NCBI GenBank assembly: GCA_021613535.1
Contig: CP075494.1
Location: 2,480,001-2,544,000 of the forward strand
Reading direction: 5' to 3'
Length of the DNA stretch: 64,000 nt
Origin: Adineta vaga
Lineage: Eukaryota > Animalia > Rotifera
Numbering within the stretch: position 1 is the stretch's first letter; each line of letters starts with the position of its first letter. Below are positions 1 to 11,838 of this stretch, one piece after another. The position numbers and the translations under genes were made by a program. The notes beneath the pieces were generated by a model. It was given only the letters and a program-made list of their open reading frames with translations, was not told the origin of the DNA and searched no databases.

Positions 1-1850
1 TCTCCAGGTGCAACTCTACCAGATGATATACAGCTTGGACCACTGTCATCTTCACACGAAATGAATATTACAACTGACACCAAACAAGGATCACTGTCGC
101 CTACACCAACGTCTCTAAACTTTGTCTTAAAATTTCTGTTCGGCTGGCCAATAGTACTAGTCGTTACCATCCAATCGTATATTCCGTGGATTGGTTCAAT
201 CTATCTTTTATCCGATCAAATATCTTCTCCTTCAGGACCCAATGGTTTTATATCAACTGTTTACTTTTTTGCAGACGGTAAACGTGTGGCATTTCATTTA
301 CTGGCAGTATTAGCCCGTGATATCTTGCGTCTATTTCTTTATGTAGCCGGCTGTATTCTCGTCAAACGCTTCATTATTGGTAAATTTATAGAACAGAAAC
401 AAGAAGAACGCGAATCTACACTTAAAGCTAAGATTAGACACCAAATTCATCTTTTAAAACATTGGTTAATGAAAGAACTGTTACCCGGCGGTGATTTAAA
501 TGGTCTTTCTCATTTAATAGGTACACACTATGAATTGATTAGTATTATCTATCGTCTGCTCGGTGCTCGCATTGGAAAACTATCTACTGGCCTGGATCCG
601 GTTTAAATACCTACGAATACGATCTTCTAACTATTGAAGACGATGTTATTTTTGGTTCACGCTCCTACTTCGCATGTTCAAATAGTGATAAGACACGCAG
701 TAATAAAATTACTATTAAAAGTGGCTCGATGATTGCGGATCGATGTGTTCTATTGCCTGGTGTTACTGTCGAGAGAAATACAATTATGGGTAGTGGCAGT
801 CTAGGAAAGGAAAACACGACCTATCCAGCTGGTTCAATATGGATTGGATCGAAGGAGGGCAATGCAGTACTATGGAGTCATGGTGAAGAACAAGAGTCAA
901 CAATGAAAACAGAAACGATAACACCATTTGGCAAGGCATTCTACAAGCACGTAAAAACTGGTTTTTGGGTTATGCCACTGTGGTTACATGTCATTTATAA
1001 TTTGAGTCTGAATATCTTTCGAACGATTATTTGGTCCTCACCAATTATCGTCAGTATTCAACTGATCGCCCGTATTTTGAGACACATATCAGAATCATCG
1101 ACGCATACAATTGTTGAAATCGGTGTATACACATTCTTTCTACTTATTATTTTGCTTTCGTTTTTCTATGCAACAGTTGCATTAATAACAATAGTCACTG
1201 AGATTCTGTTCAAATGGTTACTATTTGGTCGACGTCAATCAGGTGAATATAATTGGGATCAATCATCCTACTGTCAGCGATGGCAGTTGTACATTGGAAT
1301 TCAACGTCTTCGACAAAATGTTTTAGAGCACTTCTGCGGCTCAGCCTATCTTTGTATCTATTATCGTAGTTTAGGCTCTCATATTGGTCGTAATGTTTGT
1401 CTCTATCCAACTGGTGGTGATCCAATGATGACTGAACCAGATCTAGTAACGATAGGCGATGACACCTGTGTCGATGATGCATCGATCATTTGTCATTTGA
1501 ATTCAAAAGGACGGTTTACCTTGAATCCTTTAGTTATTGGTAACCGATGTGTTCTAAGATCACAAAGTCGTCTGATGTCCGGTGCAAGTATGGAAGATGA
1601 TTCCACTCTGTTGGAACATACATTGATTATCAGTGGTGATGCAACAGACGAAGGAACAATATGGCAAGGATGGCCAGCGACAGATGTGACGAAAAAATTT
1701 CGTGGAAAACGAGTTTCTATGCAGATCGAGTATCGTCGTTCGATACGACGTCGTGACAGTGTTCTACATCATCAAGTTGCAAAAAATGATCCTTCAGCAA
1801 TAGTGATAACATTAGTCCCCGACGAAAATATTCAGAAAACTCAACTGTAA
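1..1850 (+). CDS. C-terminal part of a Pls/PosA-type (poly-amino-acid synthetase-like) membrane NRPS: hexapeptide/acetyltransferase-like domains alternating with TM hairpins; 5' end outside window; 1-bp frameshift near 580
   Basis: Frame is open from base 1 (SPGATLPDDIQLGPLSSSHE). Adding one base near 580 joins ORF 61..606 to 729..1850 as LLGARIGKxIYWPGSGLNTYEYDLLTIEDDVIFGSRS...MIADRCVLLPG. A further repeat reads YYRSLGSHIGRNVCLYP..EPDLVTIGDD..ICHLN..IGNRCVL..WQGWPA. No introns seen. Confidence 0.75.
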
Positions 1851-2524
1851 AGACTATTTTTTTTATAAACATTGATAATTATCTTTGTTACATTTTATCC
1901 ACAAAAATACTATAATAATTTGAATTTGGAAATGTTTATAACTCTTCAGTTCACCATATTCCCGACATGTACACATGAACTTCAGCTTTTAAGAGTTAGA
2001 TAAAAAATGTGATGTATACTACATTCATTCTAATGCGTTGCTTATCCAGTAAAAATAATGTTTCGAAATTCAGATGAAACATTTGTACAATACGAAAAAA
2101 CGCGAAGTTTCTTTTATTGGGAAGAAGTAAAAGAATGTCTTATTTCATCGACAAAGCATCAAGGATTTTTTCTTATTAAAAGTCTCCGTTAAAAAAACGA
2201 AAAAACATGTTTTCTCTTTTCTTGTTGGTTGTTTGTTACTCCAGTCTGGAATATCGAAGAAAAGCATAACAATTTTTGCATCAATCGTCTTCTCGAAAGT
2301 AAAGAACTGTGAAATTACCCAGCAACTGTTTGATGTGCAATATAAATGCGCAAAAGAAAAAAAAGTAAAGAGACATACAGAATATAATCTATTGCATTTC
2401 ATTTCAATTCTTTCTGAGAAAGTAAAATCATCGTCGGTTTTTTTTGTTCGATTGACAAAATCAAAAAACAACATTTACGTCTATTAAATAATAAATTTCT
2501 CTATTTAAACTTATTTGATTAGAA

Positions 2525-2992
2525 ATGAGTAATGAATTTAATATTCGTGTGGATGAAACTGTGCATTGGAAAGCTAATCAAATTGTTGCAGTTGATTATG
2601 TATACACCGAAACTCGTAAAAATGGTGAGCAACGTGATTATCACGTAGCAATTAAACGAGAAGATTATGAAAGATTAGCAGCGTCAATAACAACACCAAC
2701 AATGCCATTTAATAATTTTGCAAAAGTTTTACGACCATTTATGATGGGTAAATATGCCTCGGAGGATATACCTGAAGCATTTCGTTTATTAGATACTGAT
2801 CATTCAGGAACGATCGATATTGGAGAATTAGCTGTCTTTATGCCTGTTATTATACCTAATGCCAGTCCTTATTTGCTTCTTCATCATATTCAAAAAGCTG
2901 ATAAAAACTGTGATTATAAACTTAATTTGGAAGAATTTACTGAATTGATTAATCAAGGCATTGGTCGAGATATATCACTTGGACGTCTATGA
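2525..2992 (+). CDS. EF-hand calcium-binding protein
   Basis: EAFRLLDTDHSGTIDIGEL and ADKNCDYKLNLEEF form an EF-hand pair; intact 155 aa ORF. Confidence 0.85.
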   Translation: MSNEFNIRVDETVHWKANQIVAVDYVYTETRKNGEQRDYHVAIKREDYERLAASITTPTMPFNNFAKVLRPFMMGKYASEDIPEAFRLLDTDHSGTIDIGELAVFMPVIIPNASPYLLLHHIQKADKNCDYKLNLEEFTELINQGIGRDISLGRL

Positions 2993-4253
2993 AAAAGAAA
3001 ACGAAATATATTTCATGAAAACAATAGTGTTTACAATTGTAGAATATGTTTTTATTAGAGTGAAATAGTTTTTTTTTAAATCAGCGCTAAACGGCGATTT
3101 TTTTGTGAAACTGTTATCGTAGGAAGTGTAAGAGAAGACATGAGTCGATTCATCGTTTTGATGATTATTTATTCTTGGATAAAATTAGAAACAAAACTTA
3201 TATAGATGTGTATTAAGAAACCACCGAAGAATTGAAACAGAACCGAGTAAAACTAAAACGCCTCCTACATCCGTTTTTGATATTATTGCTATACGTTTGT
3301 ATTTTTCTCCAGAGTGAATTTGCTTTGACAATTCTGCAAACTCATTATTTATTGGCCTATGGTAGCACTGGAATTGGATCAAGTCTAACAAGATCAACCG
3401 GCCCGTAGAGATGGAAATTCTTCAATAGACTCTTCTTTGTCGATGATGTTTCTGGCAATAAAAAACCTAACATAGCGTACACAATTGATAAAATAAGGCG
3501 CTTCGAAAGTACACCCTCCCACGACATTCTCTCCTCTATTTGTTTCTTTTTATCATAACTTTTGTAAAATAACTTCAGTTTTATTACATTGTGATCGTTT
3601 TTACTACACTGAAATAAAACTCTCAAGCCATATCTCTACTATAGACAATAACTTTTATACAAAGTATCATAGCACAGAAATAAACATGGTGGACAGATTT
3701 TTGTTCGTAGGTATATCTCATATGTGGATTCATATTTCTATAAAGTGTTTGTCGAAAGAGTTCGAGATATATGGTGCTAGTTTGTTATCATATATATCTA
3801 GTTTTGATTACTCTCTTTTTTCTTATTCTTTGTACATAAAACGTCATCAAAACTTAACTAAGAAAAGAATTAATAATCAGAAAGTTTGGCAACTCTGATG
3901 ATAGAGGTAAAATATTATCGTGAAGATCTTTTAGGGCTTCAATCACGAGAACCTGTAATTATATTCATGATAATATTGCTGCACCAGAAAGGAGTGCTGA
4001 TTGAACATATGGTGTAGAACTTCGAGATACTGGTATTGTCAAGTATTTTGAAAAGGAAAAAAAGGTTCTCTTCAATTATTCACTCTTAGATACATATGGA
4101 TTTTTACTATCAGAAGTTAAAATTATTTCAAGTGATCAAGAAACAATAGCTGATGAATTAGCTTTGTTGAAATATATTGAAGAACATGTTTAGAGTGTAG
4201 GTGTGAATGTAGATACATGTGTTTGAAAAAAAAACATACGCTGACATCGAATT

Positions 4254-5924
4254 CTATCGAAGAGATAAATAGATCGAGAGAGCAAATATGAAAATGAATA
4301 GAAATAAAACAATAATTTTTTTCCAAAGTAACTTGAATAATGTTTGATTGTTGATAGATATCACTATATGTTCTTGTTCTTCTATTTGTTCAAATGATAA
4401 TAATTGAAAATGTTCATCAGTTGATTGATCTATTGAAATATTTTCACATGTCAAAGAATTTTGTGATGTATCGAAAGAAATGTGATCGAGTGCAATTTTC
4501 GAAAGAATATCGAAATCAAATGACCATATAAATATAAATAATGTTGTACAAATAAGTCCTTGAGTAATAATCATGCCAAGCCAAAATCCATAAATACCCA
4601 TTCGAACTTTAAACATTAGAACAAGAACCTCAAGATAGTATAAAGAGCAGCCCATATGATAAGATTTTGAGCAAATGAAATTGTATTTGTAGTAGCTTGA
4701 AAAATATATGGTAAAAAATAATAAATAAGAAGAAGAAGAATTAGATTTATTATTGATAGAATTATTGTTAATGTGCATGTAACATTTTTTGTATTGATCA
4801 CTTTTGTTGATCGATTAGCACCAAGATTTTGTCCAATAAGAATATTTCCTGCTTCACCAATTGCCATCATATTTAAAGATAAAAAACAAATTATTTGTAC
4901 AACAATTGCTTGTGCAGAAAGTGAACGAGGACTTAAAGATGCTGCAAATATATTACCAAGTTCAAATGACCACGTTGTTATTCTACAAAAAGAATCAAAA
5001 TATAAATAAAGGATATAGAATATTATCTTATTATTTGTGAAAAAGTTTCGTCTTTTGAATTATTTTTTCTATTTCTTGATGATTATTTAGAATATTCTTC
5101 GTGTTTTTATAAATCTTACATAGAGGAAACAACACCAGGAAGAGCTAATTTTATATAAATATTCCATTCTTGAAGACAAGCATGAGTTATTGGATACCAT
5201 GCTTCTTTATATAGAGATGACATTCGAATATAACTAATTGCACCAATAACAATACTTAAATATGCTAAACTAATTGATATAGGTGCTGTATAAATATTCA
5301 TTTGAGTATAAAAAAGAAATCTATAATGAAATATTATATTAATTATATTTGCAATAAGATTTATAATTAATGTTGGTAATATTTTTTCTGTACTTGAAAT
5401 ATATGCTCGAAGTGAAAGTGCAAGAGCATCTAATGGTACAAGTGGTAAATAATAATAAAGAATATTATTAGTTAAAATAATAGAATTTTGATCTTTCATA
5501 ATTAATTTCTAAAAATAAATTCAAATCATATATTTTCATACCAACGATAGGTATAGGTTGAGATAAAGAACCGATAACCACAGTTTCAAATTATTAAAAA
5601 TAACTTACTATGTTCAATAAGATTGACCAAATAATAAAACAAATATAAACGGAAATAATAATACTACGTTGTAATACAACGCCCATTTTCTCCATAACAT
5701 TGTGGTAAAAGTGTTTCACTTCCATACATAATTCCAATCATAATTGTATTACTTATTAAACTATAAATTGTAAATGCTAATAATATAGTTGATATTGACC
5801 ATATAGAAAATAAATAAGCGAATGTAAACATTATTGTCATTTTACTTAATTCTTTTGCATCACTTCGAAAACCTAATGGATACAATTTTTCAATGAATTT
5901 TAATTTATTATTATTATTATTCAT
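4254..5924 (-). pseudogene. MATE (SLC47-like) efflux transporter, disrupted
   Basis: Fragments GIMYGSETLLPQCYG, EWNIYIKLALPG, WSFELGNIFAASL..LSAQAI, IGEAGNILIGQNLGAN and MGIYGFWLGMII lie in several frames, with apparent deletions and one intron (about 4984-5116). Confidence 0.8.
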
Positions 5925-6068
5925 TGTTGAAATATAAACAGATATAATCTGAAATGAATCAAGAGTAGTTTCAAATAAATTCATAGAATTATTTTCTTAA
6001 TATATATATATATATTGTAGATAGAATAGATACATAAACAGTGAATAATACAAAAACAAAATTTACTT

Positions 6069-7404
6069 TTAATTAAACATGATTTGTCTATTTGATGTTA
6101 TTGATTGAGAATTATTTTGATTATCAAGATTAAGAATTTGTTCATTGAGTAATGGAATAAATTGTTTCGCATTATAGTTTTGATATTCATTTGAAATCTT
6201 TCGAAGTGGATCAAAATAAAAAAATAAATTTGAATTTTCTCTATTTTGTTGTGTAATTTGTGGTGAACGAAAAATACTAATTCCTGTTTGACGATCATAA
6301 CTATCAAATGAAGAAACAAGTCGTTTTCCTCCACCATTTGGTAAATCTACAACAAATTGTGGCATATTAAATCCAGCCGTTGATCCTCGAAGTAATTTTT
6401 CAAGTTCAATCGCACGATAAAGTGAAGTTCGAAATTCTTCTGCACCTGAAATCATATCATGTAAATAAATATTTAATTAATTCATAAAGTATATCAATAT
6501 TATCATTAATATCACGTAATAAAACACTTTGATTTCGAACATAAATATTCGATTTATAAAGTTTATCAGCTGCAAGTTTTGTTAGATAAGTTATTTCATT
6601 TGGATGATTAATATGTGTATGAATTGCAATGGATTTAAATTGATTACGAGCGAATTCATTTAGTTTAACTAAAGATTGAAACCAATCATTATCACTGAGA
6701 ATTTTCATTGGCATAACTGATAAACCTTTTGTTGCAAATCGAATTCTTCGTATGTGTTCAATTGATAATAAACGTTTACCTAATTCGAAAAGAGTATGAG
6801 CAGGAAGAAGATAAACTTCACCACCACTAACAACAACATCTTCAATTTCTTCATGTTGTTCAATATAATTATAAATTTTTTCATAACGAGATTTTCCGGG
6901 AATAAATTTTTGTTTCTTATTTAATATTTCCGTATTTTTTCCAATTGAATAACTACGTGTACAAAATCGACAATAAGCTGGACATATTGAACTGGTTAAG
7001 AAAAGAACTTTATCATTATATCGATGAATAAGACCATCAACAGGTGAATTTATTTGTTCATTTAATGAATCGAATTTTAATAATGGATGATCATTTTCTA
7101 TTGTACTATGAACGGGTAAAAATTGTTTTCGTATCGGACAATTATATGGATCATTCCAATTCAATAATGATATTAAATATGAAGTTATTTTAATTGCCAT
7201 TGTTGATGAAGATTGAGATCGATGGACATCAGACCAAAATTCTGAAGTTTGATCAGCTAAATTTATAATTGTATTATTATTTAATGTATCTCTTGCTTGC
7301 TAATTATGATTAAGAAAATCAGATTCATTGATTGTTTTGTATAATAATGTTTTTGTCTAGAAAATATTCGAATATAAGCGAGAATAATTAAAACGCGATG
7401 ACAT
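6069..7404 (-). pseudogene. kamA: KamA-family radical SAM/PLP aminomutase (lysine or arginine 2,3-aminomutase-like), disrupted
   Basis: CPAYCRFC radical-SAM motif, GLIHRYNDKVL, DVVVSGGE, HINHPNEI, NQSVLLRDIND, GSTAGFNMPQFVVDLPNGGGK. In-frame ATG at 7404 with TAG stops at 7357-7359 and 7300-7302, and a deletion/frameshift near 6470. Confidence 0.9.
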
Positions 7405-8148
7405 TCTTATGCAAAAATTTGTTCAATAGATGATGATAGATGAACTTTATTTATATTCACGCGTTCGTCCGATGAATTCGAAATGAATAACGCGAATTGT
7501 ATTGGTTAATCATATCAAGGCAAAAGAAGCTCAATACATTATTGCATCCACAGAAAAATCTAACAAACCATTTTCATATTTTTTAAATTTTAAAAAATTG
7601 TCAGATTTCAGTCGAAATCATGTCTCCTACTATTCGTCGTATGCACGCTGAACTCGCTAGTATGCTATATTCACATCATCTAAAATTGTTTACTGTTCGA
7701 TTTGGAATAATTAAAGATGCCGCTATTTCTGTAATATATATTCTAAACCAATTCTATAATGAAAAGAAAAATCGAGAACAAGGGATAAGATGCGATTATT
7801 TTTGTCTCACTATCCTTTGTTTCCACTTTGTGGACATATTTTTATACCAATTAAGGAAAAGAAAACACGGTTAAACCAATGAAAGAATAATATATTTGTT
7901 CTCCTTTCGAGATTAAGATGATTCGTATTACTATAACGAATTGTTGTTTGACCAGCATATGTATATATAAATACACGAATTCAGTTCAAAATCATCCTAG
8001 TCCATTTCCAAGTAAATTTTATGAGAGAAAGACAGTATAACGGATTTGAGGAAGATGCAATCGATTCATCTAATTTAATCTTTTGTATAACTGATTGAAT
8101 ACTTTTTTTCTGTTTCTTGTAGATATTGATATACTATCAAAATCCAAA

Positions 8149-9191
8149 ATGAAAATATTATTGCCGATTCTTACTGAATTAAATATCGCAATTGTTTATA
8201 ATTTAAAACGAAATGCAAATGATGAGAGCGAAGGAGAATTCGATTCTCAAACAACAATTGATACAATACAATCGACAATAAATGAGTTAGACTATAAAAA
8301 TGTTTTTCAAATCGAAGCGAATAAAAATCTCGTGGAAAATTTACCCAAACATCAAATTGATGTCGTTTTGAATATTGCAGAAGGATCAAATAAACGATCA
8401 GGTGAATCTCAACTTCCAGTTATTTGTGATTTATTAATTAAATATTGAACATACTAGAAGTGATGCAACAACAATGGCTATTACACACGATAAATTATTA
8501 GCAAAAAGATTATTAATTCAAGATAATATTTTAACACCAAAATATATTATTTACAATGGTCAATGTGTAACAAAAGAAATCAGATCTTCACTTCGTTTCC
8601 CAATTATTATCAAGCCAAGTCATGAAGAAACTTCAATGGGTATTGATAATATCCGTAGTACATACAATTGATGATCTGCAAACAATTGCAATGAATAAAT
8701 GGAAAAAATATCAACAACCTATTCTTTGTGAAGAATACATTGTAGGAAAAGAATATACTATTGCAGTATTTGGCGATGAAAACTCCAGTTTAAATGATCT
8801 GGAAATTATTGGTCCAGCAGAAATTTCATGGAAAAATGGTGATTGTTATACAATTTATACATATGAATTTAAACAATCATTTAATCATGTGGATTCAATT
8901 TGTGCTGTTAAATTTGATACTGAGGAACAAATGTCAAATGTATGTCTATTTGCAAAACGAGTTTTCATGTCTCTTGGATGTCGAGATATATGTCGAATTG
9001 ATTTTCATATTGATCATCAAGGTTCAATTTATTTCCTTGAACTAAATGGTTTATCAGGTCTTACACCCAACTATTCTGATCTAGTCCTTATGGCAAATAA
9101 ATGTGGAATGTCATATAAAGCAATTATTAAACGTGTATTAACACCAGCAGTGAATCGATATGCTGAGAAGAAATTAGCAAAAACTGAGTAA
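8149..9191 (+). pseudogene. D-Ala-D-Ala ligase-like ATP-grasp enzyme, two frameshifts
   Basis: EFDSQTTI, DVVLNIAEG, ESQLPVICDLL, SDATTMAITHDK, FPIIIKPSHEETSMGI, EEYIVGKEYT, GCRDICRIDF, YFLELNGLSGL. Frameshifts near 8437 (ATTA duplication) and near 8650. Confidence 0.85.
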
Positions 9192-9294
9192 ATCCATTTT
9201 ACAATAAAATATGTAATATTCTATTATTTGATTGATTCAATATTCATATCTATGCTCAATAAAAGTGTAGATAAAAGTATGATATACTTGAATC

Positions 9295-9320
9295 TTGAAG
9301 GTGTGGGTGTGAGCGTGGTA
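9295..9320. repeat. Telomere-like hairpin element, G-rich arm only
   Basis: ttgaaggtgtgggtgtgagcgtgg with no matching C-rich arm nearby. Confidence 0.65.
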
Positions 9321-9429
9321 TTCCATTGGTCTATTTGTGATCAATAGGATTATTCTTTCGCCATACTATAGCTTCACATTGATTAAGCAGATTTTCAGCT
9401 TCTGTTAAAATCTAACATAACCTTGTTCA

Positions 9430-9600
9430 TTGAACAATGATTCATCAAAATCTCTTAATAGTTCGTGGAATAATCAATCACGAACATTTTCGAATCAAAT
9501 TATTCAATATTGGGTTAGTATAGCTAAAGTTGGAAAATCATTATCATCATGGTCGAATTATGATTTATTAATACCAAAATATTTTTACATAATACCTTTT
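9430..9600 (+). pseudogene. Possible type-B carboxylesterase C-terminal remnant
   Basis: RTFSNQIIQYWVSIAKVGKSLSSWSNYD resembles the esterase C-terminal pattern S..M..YW.NFA+.G.P...W..Y; short and judged by eye. Confidence 0.4.
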
Positions 9601-10637
9601 CTTGAGGGTGTGGGTGTAGTCATGATTTGCGGTGTTCCTGTCCAGAAAGGAATTGGTGTAAGAGCAGCGTTACTACCAAGTGTTGTCGAATTCTTAATGG
9701 TTCTTGATTCCTTGTAACGACGCCACGGTGGTAAATTCCACGATGGTTTCCATACAGATACTCTCGTAGCTGTACCTGATGCACGGTTATCAAAACGGAT
9801 CTGAATAGCACCGTTATTCCAGACACTAACATCAACTAAGTTGTGGGTGGTGTTGGCATTTAGAAAAAGGCCATAGCCAACGTTGTCGTAAATCATCACA
9901 TTGGTGACATTCGTAATACAGTCATTGACATTAGCCATGCCGTTGTCATTAGCCCAGAAACGACCATTATTAACTGTGCATGAGATTGTATCATGTGACG
10001 AGAAACCTTCATCGAGATTGTTGTAACCTGTGATGTTCTCGAAGATGATATTAATGCCATAACCATGAAGATTGAAACCATCATTTAAACTACCAGTGGC
10101 GATTATGTTACGATAGACATGGTGAGAAGTACTAGTGATAGCAACAACGAACCATCGAGTAGAGATTTCCCAACCGTTAGTCGAAGTTCCAAGAGTAAGT
10201 TCGAAAGTTTTCCCATCATCCCGCAATTGGATAGGTCCAAGAAAGTTACCAGTATTTTCATCCTGAAGAATACGTCGACCATCCTTTGTAATAACGACTG
10301 GTTCCGTGTCGAATGGTTTTGAAAGTGTGTAGATCCAAGCTTTACCATCGAATGTGAAACGCATCGAATCAAAACCAGTAATAGTCTCACCATTGCCTTC
10401 AACTATAATAGGAGCTATGATGGTACCATTTTTCTTAATATTGAGAATCTCGCGATAGGGACCACTGCCTTTAACCAAGATAATTGTGTCACCAGGAGCA
10501 ACAAAGGCGACTGCAGAAGCAATTGTTTTGTATGGAGTGCCACCACGTTGATCGACAAACAGTTGTCGACTAGAAAACAGATTAAACACATAAACAGAGG
10601 ATGACTTCAAGAATATTAAAAAAGACCAATACAACAT
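9585..10637 (-). CDS. Right-handed parallel beta-helix protein, probably secreted and of bacterial origin
   Basis: PYKTIASAV..VAPGDTIIL..GPYRE, NDGFNLHG, NLDEGFSSHD, NDNG and DNVGYGL beta-helix repeats; hydrophobic N-terminus; intronless; visibly more GC-rich than its neighbours. Confidence 0.8.
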   Translation of the reverse strand: MLYWSFLIFLKSSSVYVFNLFSSRQLFVDQRGGTPYKTIASAVAFVAPGDTIILVKGSGPYREILNIKKNGTIIAPIIVEGNGETITGFDSMRFTFDGKAWIYTLSKPFDTEPVVITKDGRRILQDENTGNFLGPIQLRDDGKTFELTLGTSTNGWEISTRWFVVAITSTSHHVYRNIIATGSLNDGFNLHGYGINIIFENITGYNNLDEGFSSHDTISCTVNNGRFWANDNGMANVNDCITNVTNVMIYDNVGYGLFLNANTTHNLVDVSVWNNGAIQIRFDNRASGTATRVSVWKPSWNLPPWRRYKESRTIKNSTTLGSNAALTPIPFWTGTPQIMTTPTPSRKGIM

Positions 10638-11372
10638 GGTTAATCTATCTTCCAATCAAATGGATAGAAATCTATCAAGATCGATAGTTTTTACCTAATT
10701 TGTCTTGTTTGTTGCTGATAAGTATTATCTACAATAATACATCATAGAATTGTATCCTGACAAAGAAATAGATAATTGGTCATACGAACGTACCTGCCAC
10801 TGCAAAAAGTAATAGGCCGATTACAAGAAAATGAAAAACGTATTGGTACATCATATTGCAGATTCTAATATCTAAATAGAGAATAGCGCATTTTTATAAA
10901 TCTCTATTCTATTGTTATTCGATACTATAGTGTACTTTTATTTTGAAGAGGAATAATATTAAAAGCAATAGGGGATTAAATTTTCAATTTAGATGACATT
11001 ATAAATAGAAATACTAATAGAATTTCGGAATCATTGTAATTGCTTCAAAAAATAGGAAAATGGGTGAGGGTAGCATATTTACACATCGATCTTATTCTCA
11101 TTCTCCACATCCTACATTGTTGTGTGCTATATACTAAGAAAAAAAGTCCAAAGTCAATTCAAAATAGCACACAATGGCCTTCCATAACTACTAAGCTCAT
11201 CAATCTTTTTCAAAACCGGTACTATGTTCGTACAATTAACATCTCATTAAAAATAGTTGAAAATATCTACATATATTTCACATATTCACATTCAATTGAG
11301 AAGAATGTATTCCCCACTAAGCACACATCGTTTGATCTAATTGTTATGCTACTTTGAGATAGAATAAAACAT

Positions 11373-11444
11373 CCCTCTGTAATGTAATGGTCATCAGGTT
11401 TGATTGTAGCTCAAACAATCTCGGTTCGATTCCGAGCGGATGGA
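11373..11444 (+). tRNA. Atypical intronless tRNA-Tyr(GTA) or tRNA-like gene
   Basis: Acceptor CCCTCTG/CGGATGG (one mismatch, one G-U), anticodon arm TTTGA-TTGTAGC-TCAAA, T arm CTCGG-TTCGATT-CCGAG, discriminator A, followed by a T-run. Confidence 0.65.
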
Positions 11445-11726
11445 AATACTTTTCTATTAGTAATAGTTGTTCTCACAATTGATGATATTTACTGAACAGT
11501 GAGATGACTTATGGTAGCTATCATATGATTAAGCTTCCTTTTCCACTATCAAAAACAAAACAAAAGCAATGAGTCATTTTCACGCCATATATGTTATTTT
11601 TGATTCTTTTGCCGAAAGAAAGAAAGAAAAAGAAAGGAAAGAAAATGAATGCAAGAGCATGATGTAATGCTCTTAGTCAATGACGTATGTCTAAAAAATG
11701 ATACTGTTGAATGATGCAAAAAAGTA

Positions 11727-11798
11727 TATCCGTGCCGGGATTTGAACCCGGGTATTGGCGGTGAAAGCGCCACATCCTAACCGCTAGACTACACGGAT
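11727..11798 (-). tRNA. trnE: tRNA-Glu(TTC)
   Basis: Reverse complement ATCCGTG TA GTCTAGCGGTTAGGAT G TGGCG CTTTCAC CGCCA ATAC CCGGG TTCAAAT CCCGG CACGGAT A folds as a cloverleaf; T6 Pol III terminator follows. Confidence 0.9.
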
Positions 11799-11838
11799 GT
11801 GATATGTTTGTAATGATGTTAAGAGAGAATAATGAAAT

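Noticed and set aside
3185-4130. Small ORFs between the EF-hand and MATE genes
   Set aside because: No recognisable motif; could be a decayed TE or gene but cannot be supported by eye.
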